From NCBI RefSeq assembly GCF_003945235.1, contig NZ_RSDW01000001.1, positions 4,530,001 through 4,562,000 of the forward strand: a DNA stretch of 32,000 nt. The letters are read 5' to 3'. This document shows, one piece after another, positions 23,291-32,000 of the stretch. Under the pieces are notes generated by a model. It was not told the origin of the DNA. It searched no databases and worked only from the letters and a program-made list of their open reading frames with translations. Source of the stretch: Edaphobacter aggregans (GTDB taxonomy: Bacteria > Acidobacteriota > Terriglobia > Terriglobales > Acidobacteriaceae). Position 1 is the first letter of the stretch. The number at the start of each line of letters is the position of its first letter. A program made the position numbers and the translations under genes.

Positions 23291-24649
23291 TCAGGCGCCG
23301 AAGATTTCTGTGTCGATGAACTGGTTGCGGAACTTGCCTTGAGGGTCGTGGCTCTTGAGCAGGGCTTGGTAGTCGGGCATCTTGGGGTAGAGATGCTGGA
23401 TGGTTGAGGGTGGGATGGTGTTGAGTTTGGCCCAGTGGGGGCGGGCGTTGAAGGGGGCTAGTTTTTCCTCGATCAGCGGAAGGACTTTTTGGACTTCAGG
23501 CCACTCGGGCTTCCACGTGAAGTGGATGGCCAGGGAGGGGCGCTGGTAGGCGGTGCTTAGCCAGAGGTTGTCGGCGGAGATGGTGCGGAGTTCGGTGATG
23601 AAGAGGTGGGGCGTGATGCGATCTCGGAGCTGCTCGACGGCGAGGATGGCGGGGTAGGCGCGGTCGCGGGGGACGAAGTATTCGGTTTGGAGTTCGGCTC
23701 CGCTTGAGGGCGTGAAGTTCATGCGGAAGTGAGGGAGACGCTCGTACCAGGGGCCGGGGATGCCTTGCTGCTCAGTGCAGTTTTCGGCGGAGTGACCGGC
23801 GAGGGGGTGGAGTTTTTGGGTGGCAAGTTTGGCTCCGAAGAAGGTTGGGCTGGCGGGCAGGGGAGAGGCAGTTGCGGGAGAGTCGAGGCGTTTTTTTATC
23901 CAGACCTGGGTAGCGCGGTGGTTTTGCCAGTCGGTGAAGAGGCTGACGCTGTAGCCGCTGAGGAAGATCTCGTCGAGGTGGTGCTCGAGATGGTCGAAGG
24001 AGAGATTTTCGTAGACGAACTGCGCGACCTGGTAGGTGGGCTGGACGTCGAGGGTGATGGCCGTGAGGACGCCGAGGGCGCCGAGGTGGACTACGGCTCC
24101 GGGGAAGATGTCGGGGTTTTGGGCGCGGGTGATGGTGTGAATGGAGCCGTCGTGGGTGACGATCTGCATGGCGGAGACGGCGGTGGAGAGGTTGCCATTG
24201 TTGCTGCCGGAGCCGTGGGTGGCGGTGGCGCAGGCTCCGACGACGGAGATGTGCGGTAGAGAGGCGAGGTTGTGGAGGGCATAGCCGCGGGAGTCGATGT
24301 AGGGAGCGAGTTGGCCGTAGGTGACCCCGGCTCCGACGGTGACGGTGCGGGATTTCGGGTCGAGGTCCATCTGGGTTAGCTGCTTGAGGGAGATCTGGCT
24401 TTCGGTGCTGTCGGCGATGCCGTTGAAGGAGTGGCGGGCTCCGAGGGCTCGGAGTTTGGGGCTGGTTTTGACGATTTGCTGGACTTCTTCGACGGTGCTG
24501 GGCTGGTGAAGATTGTTGGTGTGAAAGGTGTAGTTTCCGGCCCAGTTGGTGCGGGGAGTGGAGGATTGCTGCTCGGCAGAGACGAAGCGGGCGAGAAGTG
24601 AGCCGGTAAGGACTGTGCCGGTGCCTTTGAGGAATTGTCGTTTGTCCAC
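23291..24649 (-). CDS. FAD-binding oxidase of the D-arabinono-1,4-lactone / L-gulonolactone / alditol oxidase family, with a Tat-type signal peptide.
   Basis: N-terminus MDKRQFLKGTGTVLTGSLLARFVSA (K-R-x-F-L-K). PCMH-type FAD domain (NWAGNYTFHTNNLHQPSTVEEVQQIV...LRALGARHSFN). ALO-type C-terminus (FTWKPEW...FNARPHWAKLN). Confidence 0.85.
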   Translation of the reverse strand: MDKRQFLKGTGTVLTGSLLARFVSAEQQSSTPRTNWAGNYTFHTNNLHQPSTVEEVQQIVKTSPKLRALGARHSFNGIADSTESQISLKQLTQMDLDPKSRTVTVGAGVTYGQLAPYIDSRGYALHNLASLPHISVVGACATATHGSGSNNGNLSTAVSAMQIVTHDGSIHTITRAQNPDIFPGAVVHLGALGVLTAITLDVQPTYQVAQFVYENLSFDHLEHHLDEIFLSGYSVSLFTDWQNHRATQVWIKKRLDSPATASPLPASPTFFGAKLATQKLHPLAGHSAENCTEQQGIPGPWYERLPHFRMNFTPSSGAELQTEYFVPRDRAYPAILAVEQLRDRITPHLFITELRTISADNLWLSTAYQRPSLAIHFTWKPEWPEVQKVLPLIEEKLAPFNARPHWAKLNTIPPSTIQHLYPKMPDYQALLKSHDPQGKFRNQFIDTEIFGA

Positions 24650-24830
24650 GTCTCACGCTCGATTCTGGGTGCTGGATGTGTGCTTTCTGGTGCGAATCAT
24701 GTATAGAGGCTTGAAGGGCGCGAATGCAAGTGAGGTGGTGCGCGGTTTTCGGGGCTGGAGCGTGGACGGGTACAATCTAAAGAGTATGTCGAAGATCATT
24801 TCCAGTGAAAACGGCGGGAAAACCGCAAAG

Positions 24831-27383
24831 ATGAGCGATAGCGCGACCGTGGAACCGAACCAGCAGCAGCGCTACAACCCGGCGGAGATTGAGCCGAAGT
24901 GGCAGGCGCGATGGGATGCGGATGCGTTGTTGTATGCGGCTGAAGGGCATGATTCGGGCAAGCCGAAGTACTACTGCCTGGAGATGCTGCCGTATCCGAG
25001 CGGGCAGCTGCACATGGGGCATGTGCGGAACTATGCGATTGGCGATGCACTGGCTCGGCATATGTGGATGCGCGGGTATAACGTGCTGCATCCGATGGGG
25101 TGGGATGCGTTTGGATTGCCCGCTGAGAACGCGGCGCTGAAGAACAATACGCCGCCGCGGGAGTGGACGCTGGCGAATATTTCGGCGATGCGGAAGCAGA
25201 TGCGGCGGATGGGGTTGAGCTATGACTGGTCGACCGAGGTGACGACTTGTCTGCCGGATTATTACCGGTGGAACCAGTGGTTCTTTGTAAAGATGTTTGA
25301 GGCTGGGTTGGCTTACCGGAAGAAGAGCAAGGTGAACTGGTGTCCGGATTGCCAGACGGTGCTGGCGAATGAGCAGGTGGTTGCAGGGCGGTGTTGGCGG
25401 CATGAGGACACGATTGTCGAACAGCGGGATCTGACGCAGTGGTTTTTGCGGATTACGAAGTATTCGGATGAATTGCTGGAGGGGCTCGACAAGCTGGATG
25501 GGTGGCCGGAGAAGGTCCGGACGATGCAGCGGAACTGGATTGGCCGAAGTGAGGGTGCTCTGGTGGACTTCGCTGTGGACGGCGAGGTGAAGGCTCCGGG
25601 CTGCGCGAAGATTACGGTATTTACGACGCGGGTGGATACGATCTTTGGGGCGACTTCGGTGCAGTTGGCTCCGGAGCATGCTGTGGCTAAGGCTTTTGCC
25701 GCGGAGGATGCTGGGCTGGCGGCGAAGATTGATGGGTTGCTGGCGGAGCAACAGAGGGCTCGTGAGGCTGGCGATGTGGGGGCCATCGAGAAGCATGGCG
25801 TGGATACGGGACGGTTCGCGGTGAATCCGTTCAATGGCCAACGTGTGCCGATTTGGGTGGGGAACTACATTCTTGCGGATTATGGGACGGGCGCCATCAT
25901 GAGTGTGCCTGCGCATGATGAGCGGGACTTTGAGTTTGCGCAGAAGTATGGGTTGGAGATTCGGCGGGTGATTGCGCCTAAGGCTGGTGGTGAGGAGCCA
26001 GCGCTGCCCTATACGGCGGAAGACGATGCTGTGTTGATTGGTTCGGGTGAATGGACTGGGTTGGGGTGTGTTGAGGCGCAGCAGAAGATGGCTGCATTCG
26101 CGCAGTCCAAGGGATTTGGTACTGCTACGGTTACATATCGTTTGAAGGACTGGGGCGTGAGTCGGCAGCGGTATTGGGGTACGCCGATCCCTATGGTGTA
26201 TTGCGAGAATGGGCATGCGGGGTTGGAGCCGGGTGGCGTGGTCGCTTTGCCGGAGAGTGCTTTGCCGGTGGTGTTGCCGCCACAAGTGGAGATTACGCAG
26301 CAGGGTGGGTCTCCGTTGGGTCGAGTGGCAGAGTTTGTGAATACGACTTGTCCGGTTTGTGGCGGGCCAGCGCGGCGGGAGACGGACACGATGGATACGT
26401 TCGTCGATTCGAGTTGGTACTTCTACCGGTATACGGATGCAAAGAATGATGCGGCTCCGTTTGCGAGTGAGAAGGCGAATTACTGGTTTCCGATTGACCA
26501 GTACATCGGTGGAGTCGAGCATGCGATTCTGCATTTGATCTACTCGCGGTTCTGGACGAAGGTGATGCGCGATCTGGGATTGGTCAAGAACGATGAGCCT
26601 GCGGAGCGGTTGTTTACGCAGGGTATGGTGATCAAGGATGGCGCGAAGATGTCGAAGTCGAAGGGCAATGTGGTTTCGCCTGACGATATGATTGCGCGTT
26701 ATGGTGCGGATGCTACGCGGATGTATGCGTTGTTTGCGGCTCCTCCTGATCGAGATCTTGAGTGGCAGGAAGAGGGTGTCGCGGGTATCAGCCGATTTTT
26801 GGGGAGGGTGCATCGGTTGGTGACGAAGTATGCGGATGTTGCGCGTACGGCGGGTAAGCGTGAAGGCAGCGGCTCGGAGGTTGAGCAGAAGGTGCTGCGG
26901 AAGCTGCATCAGACGATTGCGAAGATGACGCAGGACTTTAGTGGTCGGTGGCACTTCAATACGTCCATTGCTGCGATTATGACGCTGATTAAGGAGCTTG
27001 TGGAGGTGGAGCCTGCGATGGATGCAGGTGAAGTTTCGGCGGCTGCTGTGGCTGAAGTGTTTCGCAATCTCGTATTGCTGCTGGCTCCGTTTGCTCCGTT
27101 CTTTGCGGCGGAGATGTGGGAGCAGATTGGCGGCGATGGTGTCGTGTTCCGGACAGCGTGGCCGGTTGCGAATGAAGATCTTGCGCGTGAGGACGAGATT
27201 GAGATTCCAGTGCAGGTGAACGGCAAGCTGGTGAATGTGGTGAAGGTGCCGGCTGGTAGTGACGAGGCCACGGTGAAGGCCGCTGCGCTGGAAGATGAGA
27301 AGGTGAAGGCCCGGATTGAGGGCAAGAGCGTGGTGAAGGTGATTGTGGTTCCGGGCAAGCTTGTAAATCTCGTGGTGAAGTAG
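24831..27383 (+). CDS. leuS: Leucine--tRNA ligase.
   Basis: HIGH motif (GQLHMGHVRNY), KMSKS motif (GAKMSKSKGN) and the CP1 editing and zinc-type Cys pairs (WCPDCQTV, CPVCGGP). The ATG at 24831 gives 850 aa. The ATG at 24786 is an alternative. The track start at 24546 would overlap the divergent oxidase gene. Confidence 0.93.
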   Translation: MSDSATVEPNQQQRYNPAEIEPKWQARWDADALLYAAEGHDSGKPKYYCLEMLPYPSGQLHMGHVRNYAIGDALARHMWMRGYNVLHPMGWDAFGLPAENAALKNNTPPREWTLANISAMRKQMRRMGLSYDWSTEVTTCLPDYYRWNQWFFVKMFEAGLAYRKKSKVNWCPDCQTVLANEQVVAGRCWRHEDTIVEQRDLTQWFLRITKYSDELLEGLDKLDGWPEKVRTMQRNWIGRSEGALVDFAVDGEVKAPGCAKITVFTTRVDTIFGATSVQLAPEHAVAKAFAAEDAGLAAKIDGLLAEQQRAREAGDVGAIEKHGVDTGRFAVNPFNGQRVPIWVGNYILADYGTGAIMSVPAHDERDFEFAQKYGLEIRRVIAPKAGGEEPALPYTAEDDAVLIGSGEWTGLGCVEAQQKMAAFAQSKGFGTATVTYRLKDWGVSRQRYWGTPIPMVYCENGHAGLEPGGVVALPESALPVVLPPQVEITQQGGSPLGRVAEFVNTTCPVCGGPARRETDTMDTFVDSSWYFYRYTDAKNDAAPFASEKANYWFPIDQYIGGVEHAILHLIYSRFWTKVMRDLGLVKNDEPAERLFTQGMVIKDGAKMSKSKGNVVSPDDMIARYGADATRMYALFAAPPDRDLEWQEEGVAGISRFLGRVHRLVTKYADVARTAGKREGSGSEVEQKVLRKLHQTIAKMTQDFSGRWHFNTSIAAIMTLIKELVEVEPAMDAGEVSAAAVAEVFRNLVLLLAPFAPFFAAEMWEQIGGDGVVFRTAWPVANEDLAREDEIEIPVQVNGKLVNVVKVPAGSDEATVKAAALEDEKVKARIEGKSVVKVIVVPGKLVNLVVK

Positions 27384-28333
27384 TGAAGCCGTTGCCTCAG
27401 GATGATGTGGTTGCTGCCGCGGGGGTGGTGCGAGGGACGCAGTCGTTTGTGCATGTGTTGGCTACGTGCTGGCGGCGGCCTTCGCTGACCGCGTTGGAGG
27501 TGGCTTGGCGATGGGCGTTTGGGATTCCTGCGCTGTTGTTGGTGTGGTATGAGGCGATGCGGATTCTGGCGGAGACGCCGGTAGATTTTGCGGCGTTGCA
27601 GCGGATGACGGTGATGAATCCGATGGCTTCAGCGCAGACACTGGCCCAGACGATGGCGGTGTTGTTGCCTTCGGTGACGCGGGTGGCGGTGTGGCTGGTT
27701 CCGCTGCTGCTGGTTGTATGGATAGTGGTGTCTTCGGTTGGGCGGACGGTGGTGTTACGGCGTGCTGATAGCCGGTTGTTGGCGCGGCCGGGGACGCTGA
27801 TGGTGTTGCAGGCGATTCGTGTGGTGGCTCTGGGTGGGAGTTTTGTGGTGTGGTTTCTGTGCGTACAGTGGGCGGCGAACGTTACGGTGCTGGGGCCGAT
27901 TGCTGCAGGTGGCGAGGCGAATCTGGTGGGCTACTTTGCGCTGGGGATCGTGGCTACGCTGGGATTGTTTACGCTGTGGGCTGTGGTGAGCTGGGTGTTG
28001 AGTGTGGCTCCGCTGCTGGCTATGTTGCGCGGACTGGGTGTGGAAGAGAGCCTGGGTGCGGCTTTTCGGTTGGGGCCGCTCAAGGGCAAGCTGGTCGAGA
28101 TCAATCTGGTGATGGGGATTGTGAAGATCGCGCTGATTGTGCTGGCGATCGTGTTTTCGGCGACTCCGCTGCCCTTTGAGAGCATGACGACACAGGAGTT
28201 TTTGGTGTGGTGGTGGGTGGGAGTTACGGTGCTTTATCTGGTGGCTTCGGATTTCTTCCATGTGGCTCGGTTGGTGGGGTATCTGGAGCTTTGGCGAGCT
28301 TACGAGCGAGACGAAGATTTGTTGCGTGGGTAA
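27383..28333 (+). CDS. Polytopic membrane protein of unknown function (about 6-7 TM).
   Basis: High-GC3 ORF with hydrophobic segments (FGIPALLLVWYEAM, VAVWLVPLLLVVWIVV, VVALGGSFVVWFLCV, LGIVATLGLFTLWAVVSWVL, IVKIALIVLAIVF, WWWVGVTVLYLVA). The GTG start shares a nucleotide with the leuS TAG stop. Downstream GTG starts are possible. Confidence 0.65.
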   Translation: MKPLPQDDVVAAAGVVRGTQSFVHVLATCWRRPSLTALEVAWRWAFGIPALLLVWYEAMRILAETPVDFAALQRMTVMNPMASAQTLAQTMAVLLPSVTRVAVWLVPLLLVVWIVVSSVGRTVVLRRADSRLLARPGTLMVLQAIRVVALGGSFVVWFLCVQWAANVTVLGPIAAGGEANLVGYFALGIVATLGLFTLWAVVSWVLSVAPLLAMLRGLGVEESLGAAFRLGPLKGKLVEINLVMGIVKIALIVLAIVFSATPLPFESMTTQEFLVWWWVGVTVLYLVASDFFHVARLVGYLELWRAYERDEDLLRG

Positions 28334-28390
28334 GGCTGAATTTCGCATCCAAGAGACAGGAGTTTTGATTTCTTTTTTAGGAGAAAGACG

Positions 28391-28561
28391 ATGTCATTTG
28401 GGATTTATGCGATCGGCTATTTGATCCTGATCGTCGGTTTAGCTTATCTGGCTCATCTGATGCATATCCCACAAGCCTACATTGTGGCTGGCGGGATTAT
28501 TCTCTTAGGGATTGGCATTGTGACGGGCGTGCAAAATACGCGACAGAAGGATCCGAACTAG
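28391..28561 (+). CDS. Small two-TM membrane protein, 56 aa, below the ORF-track length cutoff.
   Basis: My own translation is MSFGIYAIGYLILIVGLAYLAHLMHIPQAYIVAGGIILLGIGIVTGVQNTRQKDPN*. AGGAGA lies 7 nt upstream of the ATG. There are two clear hydrophobic helices and a basic C-terminal tail. Confidence 0.6.
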   Translation: MSFGIYAIGYLILIVGLAYLAHLMHIPQAYIVAGGIILLGIGIVTGVQNTRQKDPN

Positions 28562-28603
28562 ACTGAGACGGGTTGTGTCGACGCCGCCGTTTACACTGGA
28601 TAT

Positions 28604-30163
28604 GTGGATACCTCAACGATTGTCATTTTGGATTTTGGGTCGCAGTATACGCAGCTGATTGCTCGGCGTATTCGTGAGTTCAATGTTTTTTCTGTTGTGC
28701 TGCCTTGTACGGTGCCGCTTGAGCAGGTGCGTGCGCTGCAGCCGAAGGGTGTGATCCTTTCGGGTGGGCCTTGTTCGGTGTATGACGCGGATGCTCCGGC
28801 GACGGATCCGGCGGTGCTGGCGATGGGTGTGCCGGTGCTGGGTATCTGCTATGGGTTGCAGTTTGTTGTGCATCATTTGGGCGGGAAGGTGGAGTCGGCT
28901 CCCGCGCGGGAGTATGGGCATGCCCAGGTAAGCGTGGTGAGCGAGACTCCGCTATTTCGCGGGTTGCCGGAGACGATGGATGTGTGGATGTCGCATGGCG
29001 ATGAGGCGAAGGCTCTGCCCGAGGGGTTTGTGCTGACGGCGAAGACTTCGAATGCGGTGGCCGGGATTGCGAATGAGGCTCGGCGGATTTGGGCGGTGCA
29101 GTTCCATCCCGAGGTGGCGCATACTCGGCAGGGGATGGAGTTGTTGAAGAACTTCTGCCTGGAGATTTGTGTGGCTAAGCAGGATTGGACGCCGGAGCAC
29201 TTTATCCAGGCGACGGTGGAGCGGGTGCGGGCGCAGGTTGGCGATGGGCATGCTATCTGCGGGTTGAGCGGTGGTGTGGACTCGTCGGTCGCGGCGGTGC
29301 TGGTGGCTAAGGCGATTGGGAATCGGCTGACGTGCATCTTCGTGAATAACGGTGTGCTGCGCAAGGATGAGTTTGCGAAGGTGCAGCGGACGATGCGCGA
29401 AGGGCTGGGGCTGAATGTCGTTGCGGTGGATGCGAGCGATCGGTTTCTGACGAAGCTGGCTGGTGTGACCGATCCGGAGCAGAAGCGGAAGGTGATTGGG
29501 AACGAGTTCATCGCGGTGTTTGATGATGAGGCGGCGAAGATTTTTGAGGCGGAGAAGTCGGCTGGGGAAGAGGTGGCTTGGCTTGTGCAGGGAACGCTGT
29601 ATCCGGATGTGATTGAGTCGTCGAGCGTGCATGGGCCTTCGCATACGATCAAGAGCCACCACAATGTGGGTGGATTGCCGGAGAACATGAAGCTGAAGCT
29701 GATCGAGCCGCTGCGGGACTTGTTCAAGGATGAGGTCCGGCGGATCGGTCGGGATTTGGGGATGCCGGAGGAAATTCTGGAGCGGCAGCCGTTTCCTGGG
29801 CCTGGGCTGGCGGTGCGGATTCTTGGAGAGGTGACGGCGGATCGGGTGGCTTTGTTGCAGGAAGCTGATGAGATTGTTGTTTCGGAGATTAAGGCGGCTG
29901 GGTTATATCGAAAGGTTTGGCAAAGCTTTGCTGTGCTGCTGCCGGTGAAGAGTGTCGGCGTGATGGGCGACCAGCGGACGTATGCATATACCTGCGCGAT
30001 ACGGGCGGTGGAGAGCGAGGATGGGATGACGGCGGATTGGGCTCCGCTGCCTTATGAAGTACTTAGGACGATCTCGAGCCGGATTGTGAGCGAGGTTCGG
30101 GGGATCAATCGAGTTGTGTATGACATTACCTCGAAGCCACCAGGGACGATTGAGTGGGAGTGA
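28604..30163 (+). CDS. guaA: GMP synthase (glutamine-hydrolysing).
   Basis: N-terminal GATase ([27 protein letters not shown]), the PP-loop SGGVDSS and the C-terminal dimerisation domain ending [11 protein letters not shown] start. Confidence 0.93.
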   Translation: MDTSTIVILDFGSQYTQLIARRIREFNVFSVVLPCTVPLEQVRALQPKGVILSGGPCSVYDADAPATDPAVLAMGVPVLGICYGLQFVVHHLGGKVESAPAREYGHAQVSVVSETPLFRGLPETMDVWMSHGDEAKALPEGFVLTAKTSNAVAGIANEARRIWAVQFHPEVAHTRQGMELLKNFCLEICVAKQDWTPEHFIQATVERVRAQVGDGHAICGLSGGVDSSVAAVLVAKAIGNRLTCIFVNNGVLRKDEFAKVQRTMREGLGLNVVAVDASDRFLTKLAGVTDPEQKRKVIGNEFIAVFDDEAAKIFEAEKSAGEEVAWLVQGTLYPDVIESSSVHGPSHTIKSHHNVGGLPENMKLKLIEPLRDLFKDEVRRIGRDLGMPEEILERQPFPGPGLAVRILGEVTADRVALLQEADEIVVSEIKAAGLYRKVWQSFAVLLPVKSVGVMGDQRTYAYTCAIRAVESEDGMTADWAPLPYEVLRTISSRIVSEVRGINRVVYDITSKPPGTIEWE

Positions 30164-30251
30164 GTGGGGAAATTGTCTGCTCTTCTGCCTGTAAAGTGCT
30201 GCAAGTATTGAAGGGAATAAATTTACCCACTTTGTACCAATTTCTTTCACG

Positions 30252-30280
30252 TTGACCGTGCGGATGGACCTCCCATAGTC
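30252..30280 (+). promoter_or_regulatory. Possible sigma-70-type promoter for the PEP-CTERM gene.
   Basis: TTGACC (30252-30257) with 16-18 nt spacing to cATAGTct (30274-30281). This is pattern matching only, and acidobacterial promoter consensus is poorly defined. Confidence 0.3.
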
Positions 30281-30311
30281 TTAAGAGGTTCTCTGGAGGT
30301 TTTTTCGCTTA

Positions 30312-30926
30312 ATGGGCCTTTCAATTCGCTCTCTTGTCCTTGTTTCTGCTTTGGCACTTCCTATCGCTGCACATGCAGATACCTTTGCAGGATCGGCAGT
30401 TTTTACCGATTCCACCACTACTAACGACATCACGTTTACTGGATCGTTCCAGAATCCGACTTTCAACTTTACCGGCGGCACTAATTTCGTCTACAGCGAT
30501 AACTTGGCGATTACTGCAAGCAGTTCGCAAGGCGGGAACGGAAACATCAATCCGATGCCGCCGGACGATGTTCTTTCGATTTTGCTAACGTTTACCAGTC
30601 CGAACGGTACCACGGGGACGGTCAACGGCAGCGGTACAATCACGGGTCATGTGAGTGCTGCGACTGGCGAGATCGATTGGACTCCCACGACCATCAATTT
30701 CACGGATGGTTCCCAGTTGCTGGCTTCTATTCTCAACTTCAATTTTTCGGGCGCTGATCTCAGCGACGGCAAAACAGTAACGCTCACGGGTCCCCTGGAT
30801 CTCACGGTAGTTACCGACGGCAGTCTTAAGAGCACCAGTCCTACCCCTGAGCCGGGCAGCATTGCTCTTCTGAGCACGGGTCTGTTGGCTGCGGCTGGCG
30901 CTGTTCGCAGAAAGCTCCGAGTCTGA
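30312..30926 (+). CDS. PEP-CTERM sorting-domain secreted protein.
   Basis: Signal peptide MGLSIRSLVLVSALALPIAAHA. The C-terminus is TPEPGSIALLSTGLLAAAGAVRRKLRV. Confidence 0.85.
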   Translation: MGLSIRSLVLVSALALPIAAHADTFAGSAVFTDSTTTNDITFTGSFQNPTFNFTGGTNFVYSDNLAITASSSQGGNGNINPMPPDDVLSILLTFTSPNGTTGTVNGSGTITGHVSAATGEIDWTPTTINFTDGSQLLASILNFNFSGADLSDGKTVTLTGPLDLTVVTDGSLKSTSPTPEPGSIALLSTGLLAAAGAVRRKLRV

Positions 30927-30972
30927 CAGAACTGCTTCGAAAGTTCCCATGATATGGGGAACTCAGGAAATG

Positions 30973-31010
30973 AAAGATGCCGCGGATATTGTCCGCGGCA
31001 TCTTTGTTTT
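30973..31010 (+). terminator. Rho-independent terminator.
   Basis: gatgccgcgga (30976-30986), loop tattg, tccgcggcatc (30992-31002), then tttgtttt. Confidence 0.85.
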
Positions 31011-31074
31011 GGAGAGTTGCTATCGTGGGCTTCGAGCGAACCGGCTCCGATCTTGATTGAGGTACGGGAGTAGG

Positions 31075-31974
31075 CTAGTGGGGTTCGGGCTTTAGGATGG
31101 CGGAGCTGCGTGGGGTGGTTTGGAGGACCAGTCGGGTGTCTTTGGCGAAGGTGACCTCCTTGCCTCGGGCTATACAGCGGCGGTAGATGGAGACTGCGGT
31201 GCCGTACGCTCCAATGCCGGTTGCGATCTTCGCGGAGCCTCCGGCCAGGCCAATGATATTGCCGGCGAAGCCGAAGCCGTTGGCGCCGACGAAATTTTTA
31301 CCTGCCAGACTATCCGTGGTGTCGTCGCGATCCTGATCTAGAGGGCGGGTGGCGAGGAATGCGAGGATGAGTGGGACGACGATCTTATCCTGAGGCTTGG
31401 GTTTGACGTTGCCTTCGGAGTCCATGGCCAGTTGGCCAGAGGAGGCGGAGTCTACGCCAGTAAGGGCTGCCTGGACGTTTTCAGATTGGCCGCCGGGGAG
31501 GACGATCTGTTTGAAGTCGAAGCGAAGAACTCCGGCGCGAGCGAAGGAGCGGGCATGCTTTGCCTGCGTGATTGCGCCGATGATGGTTGCACCCTCGGGT
31601 ACGGCGATGGTGTGGTCGGCGTTATAGACGGGCTCGGCGACGATGGCGTGGACGATCTGACCCGATTTGGCGGTGGCTGAGGTCAGCTGGTCACTCAGGT
31701 AGGCCTGGATGATCCATGTGGGGCGGCCTCCCTTTTCGGCTGCGATCGTGGTTACTTGCGGTGGGGGATCTGTTGGTTTCGATGTGGCGGGGGCGGCGGG
31801 GGCTGGTGCCGGTTGGGGTGGGATGGAGAGGGGTTCGGTGGTTTCGACGGTCCAGGTGGTGCCGTTTTCGATGCGCTCGGGGTGATAGGGGAGCTGGTGA
31901 TAGACGAACTGCACGAGGCGGTCGGTTTTGCCGGGAGCGGTGAAGACGGCGGTCTGCTCGTGGAGGATCTCCAT
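31075..31974 (-). CDS. Hypothetical protein with a Pro-rich linker, a beta-rich core with a weak TrbI/VirB10-like pattern, and a C-terminal glycine-zipper segment.
   Basis: The ORF is closed upstream by a stop at 31990-31992. Linker: PPQPAPAPAAPATSKPTDPPPQ. Core: SGQIVHAIVAEPVYNADHTIAVPEGATIIGAI...LRFDFKQIVLPGGQ. Tail: GANGFGFAGNIIGLAGGSAKIATGIGAYGTAVSIY. No N-terminal signal is seen. Confidence 0.6.
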   Translation of the reverse strand: MEILHEQTAVFTAPGKTDRLVQFVYHQLPYHPERIENGTTWTVETTEPLSIPPQPAPAPAAPATSKPTDPPPQVTTIAAEKGGRPTWIIQAYLSDQLTSATAKSGQIVHAIVAEPVYNADHTIAVPEGATIIGAITQAKHARSFARAGVLRFDFKQIVLPGGQSENVQAALTGVDSASSGQLAMDSEGNVKPKPQDKIVVPLILAFLATRPLDQDRDDTTDSLAGKNFVGANGFGFAGNIIGLAGGSAKIATGIGAYGTAVSIYRRCIARGKEVTFAKDTRLVLQTTPRSSAILKPEPH

Positions 31975-32000
31975 GCCCTGGTCCCACTCTTTATGAATGA

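Noticed and set aside
24546-24830. A 95-codon N-terminal extension of the leuS ORF that overlaps the oxidase gene start.
   Set aside because: LeuS homology begins at ...YNPAEIEPKWQARW. The extension overlaps the divergent oxidase CDS by about 100 nt and reads as non-conserved sequence.
24777-26954. A 725-aa uninterrupted ORF antisense to leuS.
   Set aside because: It lies entirely within and opposite a strongly supported housekeeping CDS. Its translation is Arg/Pro/His/Leu-rich low-complexity sequence typical of the stop-poor antisense frame of high-GC genes. It has no recognisable motifs or RBS.
1-32000. A window-wide look for CRISPR arrays, tRNA/rRNA genes, IS elements, integrases, toxin-antitoxin pairs or known defence genes.
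   Set aside because: I saw no regularly spaced direct repeats, no transposase/integrase/recombinase-like ORFs, no terminal inverted repeats bounding the lower-GC segments, and no cloverleaf-capable intergenic sequence. Absence is judged by eye only.

Overview
By eye this is a high-GC (about 58-60%) chromosomal segment. It looks like an Acidobacteriota (Terriglobia-type) genome, judged from two PEP-CTERM cargo proteins, DUF3300/DUF2950 genes, a high-GC3 coding style and characteristic intergenic elements. This assignment is an inference.

The backbone is housekeeping: rpsA (30S S1), leuS, guaA and nfo. These are interleaved with accessory genes for envelope, export and redox functions:
- a GT2 glycosyltransferase
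- a divergent MFS transporter/MarR pair, followed by a pirin gene
- a Gfo/Idh/MocA - DUF993-like - TIM-barrel three-gene operon
- an FMN-domain-less CysJ-like flavoprotein
- a periplasmic alpha-carbonic anhydrase divergent from an outer-membrane beta-barrel gene
- a Tat-signal FAD sugar-lactone oxidase
- a 770-aa lipoprotein with two Ig-like repeats and a beta-propeller
- a Crp/Fnr regulator and an orphan receiver domain

I found no CRISPR array, tRNA, rRNA, transposase, integrase or recognisable defence system.

The most notable observations are:
1. Both genes of a conserved DUF3300/DUF2950 module are damaged: one frameshift plus an apparent internal deletion.
2. Two diverged paralogous secreted proteins of unknown family flank nfo, and one is frameshifted.
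3. A translationally coupled oxidoreductase/DUF993/TIM-barrel operon has no assigned pathway.
4. A very dense G-quadruplex-type G-run encodes a Trp-Gly repeat.
5. Two long hairpins lie in an AT-rich, apparently non-coding stretch at the left edge.
6. A 56-aa membrane ORF is absent from the ORF track.

None of these is demonstrably a complete new system from sequence alone, and the interest scores are set accordingly. All family assignments come from motif recognition by eye. No searches were run.
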